This document shows, piece by piece, positions 27,481 through 36,977 of a stretch of DNA of 64,000 nt. Every line of letters starts with the position of its first letter. Position 1 is the first letter of the stretch. Position numbers and translations under genes: made by a program. Source of the DNA: Candidatus Nanohalovita haloferacivicina (GTDB lineage Archaea; Nanohalarchaeota; Nanosalinia; Nanosalinales; Nanosalinaceae). Where the stretch lies: assembly GCF_029232205.1 (NCBI RefSeq), contig NZ_CP107255.1, positions 411,781 to 475,780 on the forward strand, read 5' to 3'. The notes beneath the pieces are model-generated. The model searched no databases, was not told the origin of the DNA, and was given only the letters and a program-made list of their open reading frames with translations.

Positions 27481-28019
27481 TAGTTTTGAACCTCGTCTAG
27501 TATTTTTTCAGCTTCTTCTTCAATTTTTGAGTTGTCAATAAATGCGTTCGATCTGTCTGTTATTAGTCCTAACATTTTTGCTTCTCCTTCTGTCTCTCTG
27601 AGAACTCTGTCGGTTTCTTTAAATACTGAATTCAACGATTCAAGATCTTCTCTGTTCTTTGCTACCCGTAAAACTTCGATAATTGTGTCTTGAACTCTCT
27701 GAGAGGTGACTTGTTCTGAGATATTTTTCTTTACGAAAGTCCTCAACTCGTTTAGCTGGTTGGGTTCCTCGCTTCTTCGTACGAGAAATGTCTCTATGTG
27801 TTCGCGATAAAGTTGTTGTATTTTCTCTAAATTGATATCTAGTTCTTTCTCTCCTTCTACTAGTTTCTTATCTCGTAGTTTCTTGACATTGTTTGAGACA
27901 GCGCCTTTACTGAGAGAGGTGTTCTCGACAAGCTCACTCTGTCTCTGAGGGGAATTATGGGCCAATGCGGAAAGTATTTCAAGTTGGCCTTTGCCAGTAT
28001 TGTCTGTGAGTATTCTCAC
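27480..28019 (-). CDS. winged-helix transcriptional regulator (MarR/ArsR-like) at head of RM operon
   Basis: N-terminal wHTH, QLEILSALAHNSPQRQSELVENTSLSKGAVSNNVKKLRDKKLV. Its stop abuts the hsdM start. Confidence 0.55.
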   Translation of the reverse strand: MRILTDNTGKGQLEILSALAHNSPQRQSELVENTSLSKGAVSNNVKKLRDKKLVEGEKELDINLEKIQQLYREHIETFLVRRSEEPNQLNELRTFVKKNISEQVTSQRVQDTIIEVLRVAKNREDLESLNSVFKETDRVLRETEGEAKMLGLITDRSNAFIDNSKIEEEAEKILDEVQN

Positions 28020-28103
28020 ATCTAGGTTTTTGTGTCCTGACCTTTAACATTCTTTCGATAACTAGAAATCACTTCTGTAAAACGTTTAGCAATACTGACT
28101 TTG

Positions 28104-28424
28104 TTAATTTTCTATTTTTTTATCTAGTTTCCAGCCTTTGAGGGCTTCTTTGGGCCTCATGTTGATTTTGTGGTATGTGTTGTAGAGTTGGATGGCTTTG
28201 TGGGCTTTTTCTGTGTTGAAGCCTTTTACGTTGTGTTCTGCTGTGAATTTTATTACTTGTTTGAGTGTTGAGATGTCGTTTACTGTGCGTACGTGTTTGT
28301 TGCCGTGTTTGAAGACTAGTTCTACTTCTTCGTCTACTTTCTGGCTGTCCTGTGCTGAGAGCCTGAGGTTCATGTTGTTGCCGTGGTTGTTCCATTTTCC
28401 GAATATTACTGCTTCTGTATCCAT
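28104..28424 (-). CDS. hypothetical protein
   Basis: 106-aa basic ORF on the RM operon strand in a GT-skewed segment. No motif recognised. Confidence 0.4.
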   Translation of the reverse strand: MDTEAVIFGKWNNHGNNMNLRLSAQDSQKVDEEVELVFKHGNKHVRTVNDISTLKQVIKFTAEHNVKGFNTEKAHKAIQLYNTYHKINMRPKEALKGWKLDKKIEN

Positions 28425-28489
28425 TTTTTGTGCCTTTTCCTGTAGTTATTGGCGGCGAAGAGTTAAAAGGTGGAAGAAAATTTGTTTTT

Positions 28490-28816
28490 CTAGACTCCGT
28501 CGAGACCTGAAAGTTTTTTGTGCTTGTCAGGGGTCAGGAAGTGGAGTATTACGTCTGTAAATCTTTCATCTCCTAGTTGTTCTTCGAAGTTCTGGTCGTA
28601 TGAGAACTGGGCCCAGTCCCTGGTTACGTAAAGTTCTACGTCCATTTTTTCTCCGTCGTATTCGAGGGTGTGTTCTCCTAGTTCGAAGTCTACGTGAGAG
28701 GGTGATACTTGTTCGATTATTGAGTTCTTGTTGATGAAGCCGTGTGTTACGTATTTTCCGGCGTACTGGTGGCCTGCTACGTCTTCTTTTGTCCATGTGT
28801 GGTCCTGTAAGCCCAT
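28490..28816 (-). CDS. hypothetical protein
   Basis: 108-aa ORF on the same strand. No motif recognised. Confidence 0.4.
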   Translation of the reverse strand: MGLQDHTWTKEDVAGHQYAGKYVTHGFINKNSIIEQVSPSHVDFELGEHTLEYDGEKMDVELYVTRDWAQFSYDQNFEEQLGDERFTDVILHFLTPDKHKKLSGLDGV

Positions 28817-28963
28817 CTAGATTATTGTTTATATGGAAGTCTTAAGGCCTTATCTGCGAGGAACTCCCTGTTTTTGTCCGCAACGCTTAAAAATCGGCTG
28901 TTGCAATTTTGCCTGTGATCAAACACAACCTTTATGTTCATCGAAGAGTAATAACAGTTATGG

Positions 28964-29827
28964 GTGGCTGTTCTGAGTACTAATCTGAGGGAGGCTGTTC
29001 TTCCGAGACTGGAGCAGGATACTGAAGCTGACAGTCTTGAGGAGTTCGAGTCCCAGGTAAAAGGCCTTTTGACGGGTGAAGAAGTCCAGAGAAGAAGTGT
29101 TGAGGATGAGGACTTTGTGTATGAGGCCGATGATGAGTCAGGTAACTACAGCCTTACGAATGAGGCCGAGCTAGGTCTTGAGGGTCTTCCTGGCATGGAT
29201 AGTGTTGAGAAGGATCACTCAGCTGTAATGGATAATTATGGAGGTATTGATCGTGTGGGTGTCAGCAGTGATGGAAGGGTCACTCTTGAGATGGAGAGTG
29301 GTGGTATGCAGACTTACTTCCTTGCTGGTGCTTATCAGGGCCAGGCCGCTGTGAAAGATGATAATGGAATAATCTGGAAGTACGATAAAAGAGATGATAC
29401 TCTTGAATACCTGAATACTGAGAAGGGGTGGGTTGAATCGGACTCGGACAGGCACAAGTCGATGATGGATAAGATCGTTGATTTTCAGCATGAGACATGG
29501 GCTGTTGAGAGAGCAGTTGAAGAGGTCAGGGGCTGGAGCCATGATTCTGGAAGCAGAGGTATTCACGACAGGTTGAAGTCGCGTTTCGACATGGTTATGA
29601 CCGAGCTTGCCCAGTACAATGATGGGGACGAGTCGGTCTATGAGGCCGATAAGTCGAAGAATGTTACTCCTGGTGGAGCTAAAGGAACGGATGTGGTGAA
29701 GGATTTTGACGAGGCATCCGAAAGATTCCGGGCTTACGGCCTGCTGGAGTACGGTATCGACGTTGAAACCGAGGTAGAGGTTGCAGGAGACTATTCAGAA
29801 GCAAGGTTCGCTCCTGAAGGCCTCTAA
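28964..29827 (+). CDS. hypothetical acidic protein
   Basis: 287 aa. The ORF-track start is a GTG, so the true start is uncertain. Confidence 0.4.
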   Translation: MAVLSTNLREAVLPRLEQDTEADSLEEFESQVKGLLTGEEVQRRSVEDEDFVYEADDESGNYSLTNEAELGLEGLPGMDSVEKDHSAVMDNYGGIDRVGVSSDGRVTLEMESGGMQTYFLAGAYQGQAAVKDDNGIIWKYDKRDDTLEYLNTEKGWVESDSDRHKSMMDKIVDFQHETWAVERAVEEVRGWSHDSGSRGIHDRLKSRFDMVMTELAQYNDGDESVYEADKSKNVTPGGAKGTDVVKDFDEASERFRAYGLLEYGIDVETEVEVAGDYSEARFAPEGL

Positions 29828-29873
29828 AAACCAGATCAAATTTCTTCCATTCTTAATATTTGAGGGATAATCT

Positions 29874-30359
29874 ATGAGTATGAACGACCGGTATGAAAAC
29901 CTGGAGGATGTAGAGCTTTTCGAACTGAGGGAGCCGGATGTTTACTCGGTTGACTCCTATCTGGAGCCACGGGTAAGGCATGTGGACGCTCTTTTCGAGG
30001 AAGTAGATGAGACTCCACAGGTATACCCGATTGAAGAGACACTGTCCACTATCACGATGGACGGCGAGTTCTCTCCGCGAGACAGAGTGATGATGGGGGT
30101 ATCAGGAAACTTCAGGGACTACACTGTAGGCCTTGACAGATCCGACTTCAAGTCCTACCACGGAGAATATCTGCAGCCAAACACCTTCGAAGATATCATG
30201 CTGAAGATCGATCAAGAAGAGGTAGATGCCAGGCCTACAGATATTGAAACTCGAAATATCAGGTTTGAGATTCCTGTAGGCCAGCCTACCGTTGAAAAAG
30301 ATGCCTTGCCCGACGACGGTGTCGAAGTGCGTTTCAACGACAATATTCCTACTCTTTAA
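29874..30359 (+). CDS. hypothetical acidic protein
   Basis: 161 aa, with gagggataatctATG providing an SD-like spacing. Confidence 0.4.
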   Translation: MSMNDRYENLEDVELFELREPDVYSVDSYLEPRVRHVDALFEEVDETPQVYPIEETLSTITMDGEFSPRDRVMMGVSGNFRDYTVGLDRSDFKSYHGEYLQPNTFEDIMLKIDQEEVDARPTDIETRNIRFEIPVGQPTVEKDALPDDGVEVRFNDNIPTL

Positions 30360-31213
30360 GAGATCCTGAATGTGTAAACTCCGTTGTTCTCCTCGTAATC
30401 AAGTACCTCGGGGTGATCAGGGAAATTAACTATTTCTTTCTCTCCATCAACCTCTATAACCAGTGATTGAGGCCCTACATCGAAATTAGCCTCCTCGTAT
30501 CCTGACGGCATCATTACATCAAGCTCGTATTCTGCTTCAGAACTGTCTGGCGCCCTGTATCTCTGAGTTGCAATTTCTGTAGGGTCTGCTACCTCAGTAT
30601 CTTCAAGATCGTCCTCCGAAAGCTCTCCCTGTTTTGCATGTAAAATATTCTGCACGAACTGTCCAGCGGTCATACCGTCCTCGCTTCTGAGAACTCCGTC
30701 ACCGCTCATCAACGTGACAGGCGCGCTATCTTTGACACCGTTACCATCGTAGATAGCAGGCATCACGGCCCTGTTATTATCTATTTCATCCCAGAAGTAC
30801 TCCGAAGGATTGCCCGCGTACTGATCATCATATTCATCTACCTTATCTGCAACTTCCTGTGGATCTGCAACCCTCACTGCATAGGCCTGAGGGAAACCAG
30901 CCATTTTTACAACGGCCTCTTCTCCAAGAAGATCTCTTACTTCATCGCTGGCGAAAATCACCCTTTCTCCTCCATCAGCGAAGTCGCTGTAAAGGCCTTC
31001 GACAGTTCTCCTCTGAGCAGGAGTCATATTTCCGGCCTTGAATCGGTCCATGGAAGAGGCAATTGAACTTCCGGGCGTAGTAACTGCAGAAGTATCTCCG
31101 AATCGGGCTACCTGTGCATCAGGTATTTCTTCAAGTACATCAGGTTTTCCGAGCTTTTCAAGCTCTTCAGTTGTTAAAACATCTTCAATAGAGTGTTCGG
31201 CGCTTGTAGACAC
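30356..31213 (-). CDS. hypothetical acidic protein
   Basis: 285 aa, convergent with the previous gene with a 4-bp overlap. Confidence 0.45.
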   Translation of the reverse strand: MSTSAEHSIEDVLTTEELEKLGKPDVLEEIPDAQVARFGDTSAVTTPGSSIASSMDRFKAGNMTPAQRRTVEGLYSDFADGGERVIFASDEVRDLLGEEAVVKMAGFPQAYAVRVADPQEVADKVDEYDDQYAGNPSEYFWDEIDNNRAVMPAIYDGNGVKDSAPVTLMSGDGVLRSEDGMTAGQFVQNILHAKQGELSEDDLEDTEVADPTEIATQRYRAPDSSEAEYELDVMMPSGYEEANFDVGPQSLVIEVDGEKEIVNFPDHPEVLDYEENNGVYTFRIS

Positions 31214-31268
31214 AACCTATACAGTTGCTGCCGAGTTTTAAAAAATTTCGGGATAAAAGGAGTTGTGC

Positions 31269-31529
31269 TCACCGGGAAAGAAGTTTGTCAAGTGGAGCAG
31301 TGGCCTCTTTCACCAGGAATCTCATCGAAACCTCAAGCCAGATAGCAGCCACTATAATTCCGATAAATGCGCTGTAGGCCAGTGCCAGATTGCTTTCGAT
31401 CTCAAGGCCTTTCAGATAGTAGACCGATCCCATGCTTGAAGCGATAAAGAGAACTATTGCGCCAGCCTTAGAATCCTCGATATTTAACATACAGAAAAAA
31501 GCTGAAAAATTTGTTAAAACAGTTTTCAA
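31269..31529 (-). CDS. small membrane protein
   Basis: 86 aa with two hydrophobic helices. Confidence 0.35.
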   Translation of the reverse strand: MKTVLTNFSAFFCMLNIEDSKAGAIVLFIASSMGSVYYLKGLEIESNLALAYSAFIGIIVAAIWLEVSMRFLVKEATAPLDKLLSR

Positions 31530-31582
31530 ACCACTTATGAGGTTCTATGCTATACCTTCTGTAAAAAATATAATAGAAAAAT

Positions 31583-32485
31583 TTAGTCCTGGAGTTTGTC
31601 CAGGCCTTCCTCTACTGAGTCAATCTTCTCAAGATCTCCTACATCAAAGTTTGAGACATCCAGATCGGAAATTCTGTCAAGCACGGCCTGAAGGCCTTCC
31701 TCTGTATCGCCTGAGGTCATGCCTCCCACTAACTCTGTTGGGAATGTCACGATTGTGGAGTTCTCCGCTGCTACAGAGTCCAGGGTCTGAAGTGTTCTCA
31801 TTCTGTAGCCTTTGTCGCCGATGATCTCTGAGGCCTGACGTAGTTTGACTGCGGCCTCTAGCTCTCCCTGTGCATTGGTTCTTCTGGCTCTGCGATCTCT
31901 TTCTGCCTCGGCCTCTGCAGCCATGGCTCTCTCCATTTTCTCAGGAAGATTGATGTTCTGGATTTCCACGTCGAGCACGTTAACTCCGAAGCTGTCGGTC
32001 TTATCGTCCAGTTTCTGTTTTATCTGGTCGCCGATCTCATCTCTGCGCTGAAGAAGATCATCCAGCTCTTTCTTACCCACGAGATCTCTCAGAATGCTTG
32101 TAGCATAATTCAGTGTCTGCTTTCTGTAGTCTCCTACATTTACAATCGCATCTTTCACGTCCTCGGTGTTGTCCTTCACCTCGAAGAAAACCACTCCGTC
32201 AACCTCCACAGGCACGTTGTCACGGGTAATCGCCTCCTGTTTCATCACGTCGACAGAATCCTCGTAGACCGGGACTGTCACCGGTTTCTCCACGAAAGGA
32301 ATCTTGAAGTGAAGGCCTGATTTTCTGCTGCGGTTATATGATCCGAACCTGAGCACAATACTTCTCTCCCACTCATCGTTGAGGAAGAAAGGTAGAGGCC
32401 CTGAAAGAGATAGACTCATAGAGAGGTATTTGATTTGCAGAAATAAAGATATTTGGATAAGGCTGCGTAAAGTTTCTGTCTGCAC
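31583..32485 (-). CDS. SPFH/band-7 (stomatin/prohibitin-like) domain protein
   Basis: The SPFH core runs from HFKIPFVEKPVTVPVYEDSVDVMKQEAITRDNVPVEVDGVVFFEV to the EAERDRRARR coiled region. An alternative start lies at MSLSLSG (32419). Confidence 0.8.
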   Translation of the reverse strand: MQTETLRSLIQISLFLQIKYLSMSLSLSGPLPFFLNDEWERSIVLRFGSYNRSRKSGLHFKIPFVEKPVTVPVYEDSVDVMKQEAITRDNVPVEVDGVVFFEVKDNTEDVKDAIVNVGDYRKQTLNYATSILRDLVGKKELDDLLQRRDEIGDQIKQKLDDKTDSFGVNVLDVEIQNINLPEKMERAMAAEAEAERDRRARRTNAQGELEAAVKLRQASEIIGDKGYRMRTLQTLDSVAAENSTIVTFPTELVGGMTSGDTEEGLQAVLDRISDLDVSNFDVGDLEKIDSVEEGLDKLQD

Positions 32486-32503
32486 TCTTCTTCTACCGTT
32501 AAT

Positions 32504-33346
32504 TTGTTAAACGTGTGTAATACACTGTGTCGTGTGGTATCTCATCTTAGAGCTGCTGAAGAAGATGATATTGGCGAGATTCTAGGTCTAATTGAACGTG
32601 TCTACCCAGAAGGATATCCTAAGACTTGGGCCTCTAGAGAGGGGCTTGAGCCAGCTATAGGTGATTTTGTTGTCGCGGAGGAGGATAATAGTGTTGTAGG
32701 GACTGGCAAGGCTAACGATGAGTACTGGCCTGGAGCTGTTTATATAGAGTCTATTATGGTTGATCCTGATTCTCAGGGGCAGGGTCTTGGAACCGATATT
32801 GTTGATGAGCTAGGAAATTTAAGGGATGAGACGCTGGTAAGCCTGGATAGGTCTACTTCTGCAGGAATATTTCTGGGAGAAGGATATCTACCTGCTGCGT
32901 TCCTGCCTGAAAGAGAGTACTTCGGTGATCGGCGAGAATCTCTAATGGTAACTTACAGGCCAGGCAATAAACATGGCAAGACCTGGGAAAAAGACCTCAG
33001 GGTAAAGAGCCGAGATGATGAACCTTATCTTGTTGAAATTACTGGTACAGATCTCTCCGAGCAGATAATACAGGAATCCATCGAAGAGCTACCCTCCACA
33101 TATTTACAGGTAATAAACTACGTTGATGGTGCTGCTGAAGGCCTTTCACTAGATCAAGAGGGCCTAAAAGGCGGGAAGATGGGAGAAATAGAACTTCCGG
33201 ATGGCAGACTGGAGATACAGGCCTACGTACCTAGTCAAGAGGTAACAGAGGATTTTCCTCATGATGTTGAAGAGTTCAGGAACTCTCTTGATGGTTTCAA
33301 TGAGGCCCAAAGCTTACTTGATGAACAGGTACGGTTCTGGGACTAA
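32504..33346 (+). CDS. GNAT-family N-acetyltransferase with C-terminal extension
   Basis: Acetyl-CoA binding region VDPDSQGQGLGTDIVDEL (Q/RxxGxG/A). The start may be further downstream. Confidence 0.6.
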   Translation: MLNVCNTLCRVVSHLRAAEEDDIGEILGLIERVYPEGYPKTWASREGLEPAIGDFVVAEEDNSVVGTGKANDEYWPGAVYIESIMVDPDSQGQGLGTDIVDELGNLRDETLVSLDRSTSAGIFLGEGYLPAAFLPEREYFGDRRESLMVTYRPGNKHGKTWEKDLRVKSRDDEPYLVEITGTDLSEQIIQESIEELPSTYLQVINYVDGAAEGLSLDQEGLKGGKMGEIELPDGRLEIQAYVPSQEVTEDFPHDVEEFRNSLDGFNEAQSLLDEQVRFWD

Positions 33347-34431
33347 AGGGTTTGATCTATTTTGTCGATAAATCTTTCCATTATGTTGATGTAGGGGCTG
33401 AGGGAGGGCTTGTATAGTTTTTCGTTTTCTGCATGAAGGTTGTAGCCTGTGGGCCCGAAAACAACGGCAGGAACTCCTTTATCGCTGAAGTATCTCATAT
33501 CACTGGCCTCAGGGCTTTTTTCAGTCCTGCATTCGCCCTCAACCTCCTTGCACGCCTTTTTAAGAGCCTTCACGTAGTTGTTGCTAATAGGTGCCTGCAT
33601 TTTTGGGGCTTTGTCAAGTACAGAGTACTCTATGTCGTTTCCTGCCAGGATATCTTTTATCTTTTTCAGGTCTTTCTCTTGTGTAAATCTTACGTCTATA
33701 TGTGCGTCTGTCTCTGGTGTTACAGTGTTTTTGGCCTTACCTCCTTTTATTGTTGTTAATGCTGCCGTAGTTGTCCATTTGTCTTTGCTTGATTCTGGAA
33801 GCTCTTCTGTTATCTCCTTGAATGCGTCTAGAAGTTTCACTGCGGAGTTTTGACCGTTCCATGGTTGGGAGGCGTGAGAGCCTTTACCTTTCGAGGTTAC
33901 ATCTATCTTGAAGACTCCTTTCTGCTCCGTTGTTATTTCAGGTACTTCTGTATTACGTGGTTCTGCGCTGAGTCCAAAAGATGGCCGGTATCCTTCCTCT
34001 TCGAGCAAGTACTTTATACCTTTGAAACCGCCGATTTCCTCGTCAGATACTATCATAAGGCCTACACTCGGCTGGTTTTCGCGTTGACCTAGTTTCTTCA
34101 TCAGTATCATCAATGCTGCAACCCCGCTTTTCATATCTGCTGATCCTCGGCCATAAAGCCAGTCTCCGCTTTCTTCAGGTTCAAAAAGTCTGTCTTCGGC
34201 CTCCACAACGTCTATATGGCCGTGTAACATAATATCTGGGCTATGTGTTTCCTCAAAGAGAACTACTAGCGATGGTTTGCCGTCTTTCTCGTATCTACGT
34301 GTGATAAACTCTGAACCTGAAAAATAGTTCTGTATAAACTCTATCGTCCTATCAAGTTCTTCAGGGTTGCTCTTAACCGATCTATACTTGATCAATTCTT
34401 TGGTCAACTCTACAGGATCTCTTTCAACCAT
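33343..34431 (-). CDS. M20-family metallopeptidase (ArgE/DapE/acetylornithine deacetylase-like)
   Basis: Metal-ligand motifs LHGHIDVV and GRGSADMKSG, plus VSDEEIGG. Confidence 0.8.
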   Translation of the reverse strand: MVERDPVELTKELIKYRSVKSNPEELDRTIEFIQNYFSGSEFITRRYEKDGKPSLVVLFEETHSPDIMLHGHIDVVEAEDRLFEPEESGDWLYGRGSADMKSGVAALMILMKKLGQRENQPSVGLMIVSDEEIGGFKGIKYLLEEEGYRPSFGLSAEPRNTEVPEITTEQKGVFKIDVTSKGKGSHASQPWNGQNSAVKLLDAFKEITEELPESSKDKWTTTAALTTIKGGKAKNTVTPETDAHIDVRFTQEKDLKKIKDILAGNDIEYSVLDKAPKMQAPISNNYVKALKKACKEVEGECRTEKSPEASDMRYFSDKGVPAVVFGPTGYNLHAENEKLYKPSLSPYINIMERFIDKIDQTL

Positions 34432-34479
34432 GTATCTGTATTGGAACTCCCCTATGAAGTAATTTACTGAAAATATTCT

Positions 34480-35730
34480 CTACCATTTCCGTTCTGCGCC
34501 AAGAATCATTGAGATGATTACTCTGAGCCAGAGGTATCCGTTGATGAATACGAAGAAGGCCAGGTATGCGATTACCGGTATGAGGCCGTGTTTCATCAGA
34601 TTCTCCTTGGTGTGCTGGGATGCCATGTAGGCCATGGTGATTGATGTTCCGAACAGCGCTGCGATGAAGAAGAATGTGGTGTATCTTATGCTGATAATGT
34701 TCCAGTAGATGTCGTTGATCAGTGAGGAGACTGTGAATGGTTCGAACTGGAACACGTAGAATCCTATCTGTGCGAACTCTAGGAAGAACTCTACCAGAGG
34801 CCTTCCGAACATGTATGCCGTGATGAAGAGCACTACAAGTGATAGGAATGTCTGGGCTAGTTTGGCAGGTACTGCGAACATTCCGAGGTCACCGTATTCG
34901 CGGTTGAAAATCATGTACTTGTACTGTAGGGCGGTCTCAAGTGATCCGCGGTACCATCGGTATCTCTGGGCCTTGAATCCTTCCCAGGTGGAGGGTGCTA
35001 CAGTGTATACTTCTGCGTGGCTGGCGTGGCCTATCTTGTAGTGCTTGTCCTGAAGCCTGAAGCAGATTTCCTGATCTTCTACCAGCGAGTCTTCGTCGAA
35101 CATGCCTACCTCGATAATTTTCTCCCGGTCGTAGACTGAGAGAGGGCCTGGTGTGACGTGGATGGCGTTCATGATTCCCATGATGTTTCTTGTGAATATG
35201 CCGACGATGTATTCGACCCACTGGAGTTTCTGCAGCAGATTCTCTGGCTCGTACACTTTCATCGCGGAGGCCACTCCTGCATACTTGTCGCCTTTCTCCG
35301 CGACCATGTGCTTCAGCGAGTCCTCCTGCAGAATTGAGTCTGCGTCGACACAGGCCACTACTTCTGCATCCGAGGCCTCTACTCCTGCGTTCAGTGCAGA
35401 TCCTTTTCCGCCGTTCTCCTTGTCTATTATTGTTACATTTTCGTTGTCCTCGAACTTCTTCGCTTCTTCAAGTGTTGAGTCAGTGCTGCCGTCGTTGACA
35501 ACTATGATGTCGTACTTGTCCCGTGGATAGTTTATGTCGAGTGCGGAGTCGATAGTCATTGCAATCGTCTCTTCCTCGTTGAACGCAGGAATGATCAGTG
35601 AAAGAGTTGGCAGATCTTCAAGATCTTTTACTCCTGGCTTGATGCTGCCCTCGTCGAACAGAGTTATCAGTAGGAAGAAGGTGATGAAAAGTACTATTCC
35701 ATACAGCATCCACATGACAGGGTCAAGCAT
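34480..35730 (-). CDS. processive family-2 glycosyltransferase (membrane-integrated polysaccharide synthase-like)
   Basis: GT-A motifs LIIPAFNEE, VVNDGSTD and DADS, plus QRYRWYRG (the Q/RxxRW processivity motif). There are flanking TM helices. Confidence 0.8.
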   Translation of the reverse strand: MLDPVMWMLYGIVLFITFFLLITLFDEGSIKPGVKDLEDLPTLSLIIPAFNEEETIAMTIDSALDINYPRDKYDIIVVNDGSTDSTLEEAKKFEDNENVTIIDKENGGKGSALNAGVEASDAEVVACVDADSILQEDSLKHMVAEKGDKYAGVASAMKVYEPENLLQKLQWVEYIVGIFTRNIMGIMNAIHVTPGPLSVYDREKIIEVGMFDEDSLVEDQEICFRLQDKHYKIGHASHAEVYTVAPSTWEGFKAQRYRWYRGSLETALQYKYMIFNREYGDLGMFAVPAKLAQTFLSLVVLFITAYMFGRPLVEFFLEFAQIGFYVFQFEPFTVSSLINDIYWNIISIRYTTFFFIAALFGTSITMAYMASQHTKENLMKHGLIPVIAYLAFFVFINGYLWLRVIISMILGAERKW

Positions 35731-35836
35731 CTAATTGATTCAAGTGGCGACGACTGTTTTAAGACCAACCCTCGCCACACTACAGGCCCTCAAGTAGGGG
35801 TGTGTTTATAAGAGTTGTAGAATGTATTTTGAGATA

Positions 35837-35950
35837 CTGGCGGCCATAGCGAGAGGGTAACACCCGTACCCATTCCGAACACGGAAGTAAAGTCTCTCCG
35901 CGATCCAAGCCGTACTGCCTTTTAAGGCGGAAGCCTTGGGACGCTGCCAG
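35837..35950 (+). rRNA. rrf: 5S ribosomal RNA (stand-alone)
   Basis: CTGGCGGCCATAGCGAGAGGGTAACACCCGTACCCATTCCGAACACGGAAGTAAAG matches the archaeal 5S 5' half. The terminal helix CUGGCGGC/GCUGCCAG closes. Coordinates +/-3. Confidence 0.75.
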
Positions 35951-35965
35951 ACTGTTTTTACTACT

Positions 35966-36913
35966 TTATTCTATATCCGTTCTCGGTATTACTGTTGTAA
36001 ACTTGGCTCCACCAAGTTCCTCGGACTCTCCAATATCTACAGTTATATCGTATATATCAGCTATTCTTGAGAAAAGAAAGAGGCCTATTCCGGAGTTTCC
36101 TGTATCGCCGTTAGTTACGCCCTTCTGTATTATCTCATCTCTTAATTTTTCAGGAATTCCTTTGCCGTCATCCGCGACTTCGACCTTTGCAACCCTCTCA
36201 TTGCCGGAGATGTTGATGTCAATTGTTTCTCCACCAGAGTGATTGATCGCGTTCTCAATAAGCTGTGCATACATGTCGTCGAGAAGAGGCCCAGCGTTCA
36301 CAAGATAGTTCTCATCTGCGTCTACATCAATCTCAATATCGTTGTCGCTTGCAACAGCCTCGTAATCTTCTACTGCGGAGTCCACAGAATTATTCAGGTC
36401 TGTAGGATATGTTTCGCCATTCTTCAGATTATTTACCACTCTTGAAGTATCTAGCAAATCCTCTATAGATCTCATCTTGTCGCCGATAACTTCCCAGTAT
36501 CTATCGTTGCTCTCGTTATAGTCATCCTCCTCAAGCAGTTCAATATATCCCATTGCAACGTTCAGATCGTTTCCAGCATCATGCCTGAGCAACTGGAGGA
36601 ACAGGTTGGCATCCTCATCAGGACAGCTATTCAGATAGTGATCAATTCTCTCTGCATCTACATCAGGCCTCCCACTCAAAATATCTGTATAATTAGTGCC
36701 GAAGCTGTCGAAGGCCATGTAGGGAATTCCTTCTTCCTCCGCGTCGTCGTAGAGAGCTCCGATCTCAGGTCCTACAATTCCGTCGTAGTCTATTCTTGAG
36801 AAAAGCTCTTTGGCCTCATCTCTAGTTGCTCTATCATATTCTATTCCTTGTTCCTGAAGAGATATCTCCAGTTCGCTGTACTCCTCAGGTTCTACAAAAA
36901 GTACTCTGGCCAT
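35966..36913 (-). CDS. sensor histidine kinase (cytoplasmic)
   Basis: H-box LRHDAGNDLNVAMGYIELL and HATPase_c N/G boxes: NAINHS…DDGKGIP…GNSGIGLFL. Confidence 0.7.
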   Translation of the reverse strand: MARVLFVEPEEYSELEISLQEQGIEYDRATRDEAKELFSRIDYDGIVGPEIGALYDDAEEEGIPYMAFDSFGTNYTDILSGRPDVDAERIDHYLNSCPDEDANLFLQLLRHDAGNDLNVAMGYIELLEEDDYNESNDRYWEVIGDKMRSIEDLLDTSRVVNNLKNGETYPTDLNNSVDSAVEDYEAVASDNDIEIDVDADENYLVNAGPLLDDMYAQLIENAINHSGGETIDINISGNERVAKVEVADDGKGIPEKLRDEIIQKGVTNGDTGNSGIGLFLFSRIADIYDITVDIGESEELGGAKFTTVIPRTDIE

Positions 36914-36977
36914 ACCATTATACTGAACAACAACTTTAAAAATAGTAGCAATATTTTGTGACCTTTCGGTGAATGAG

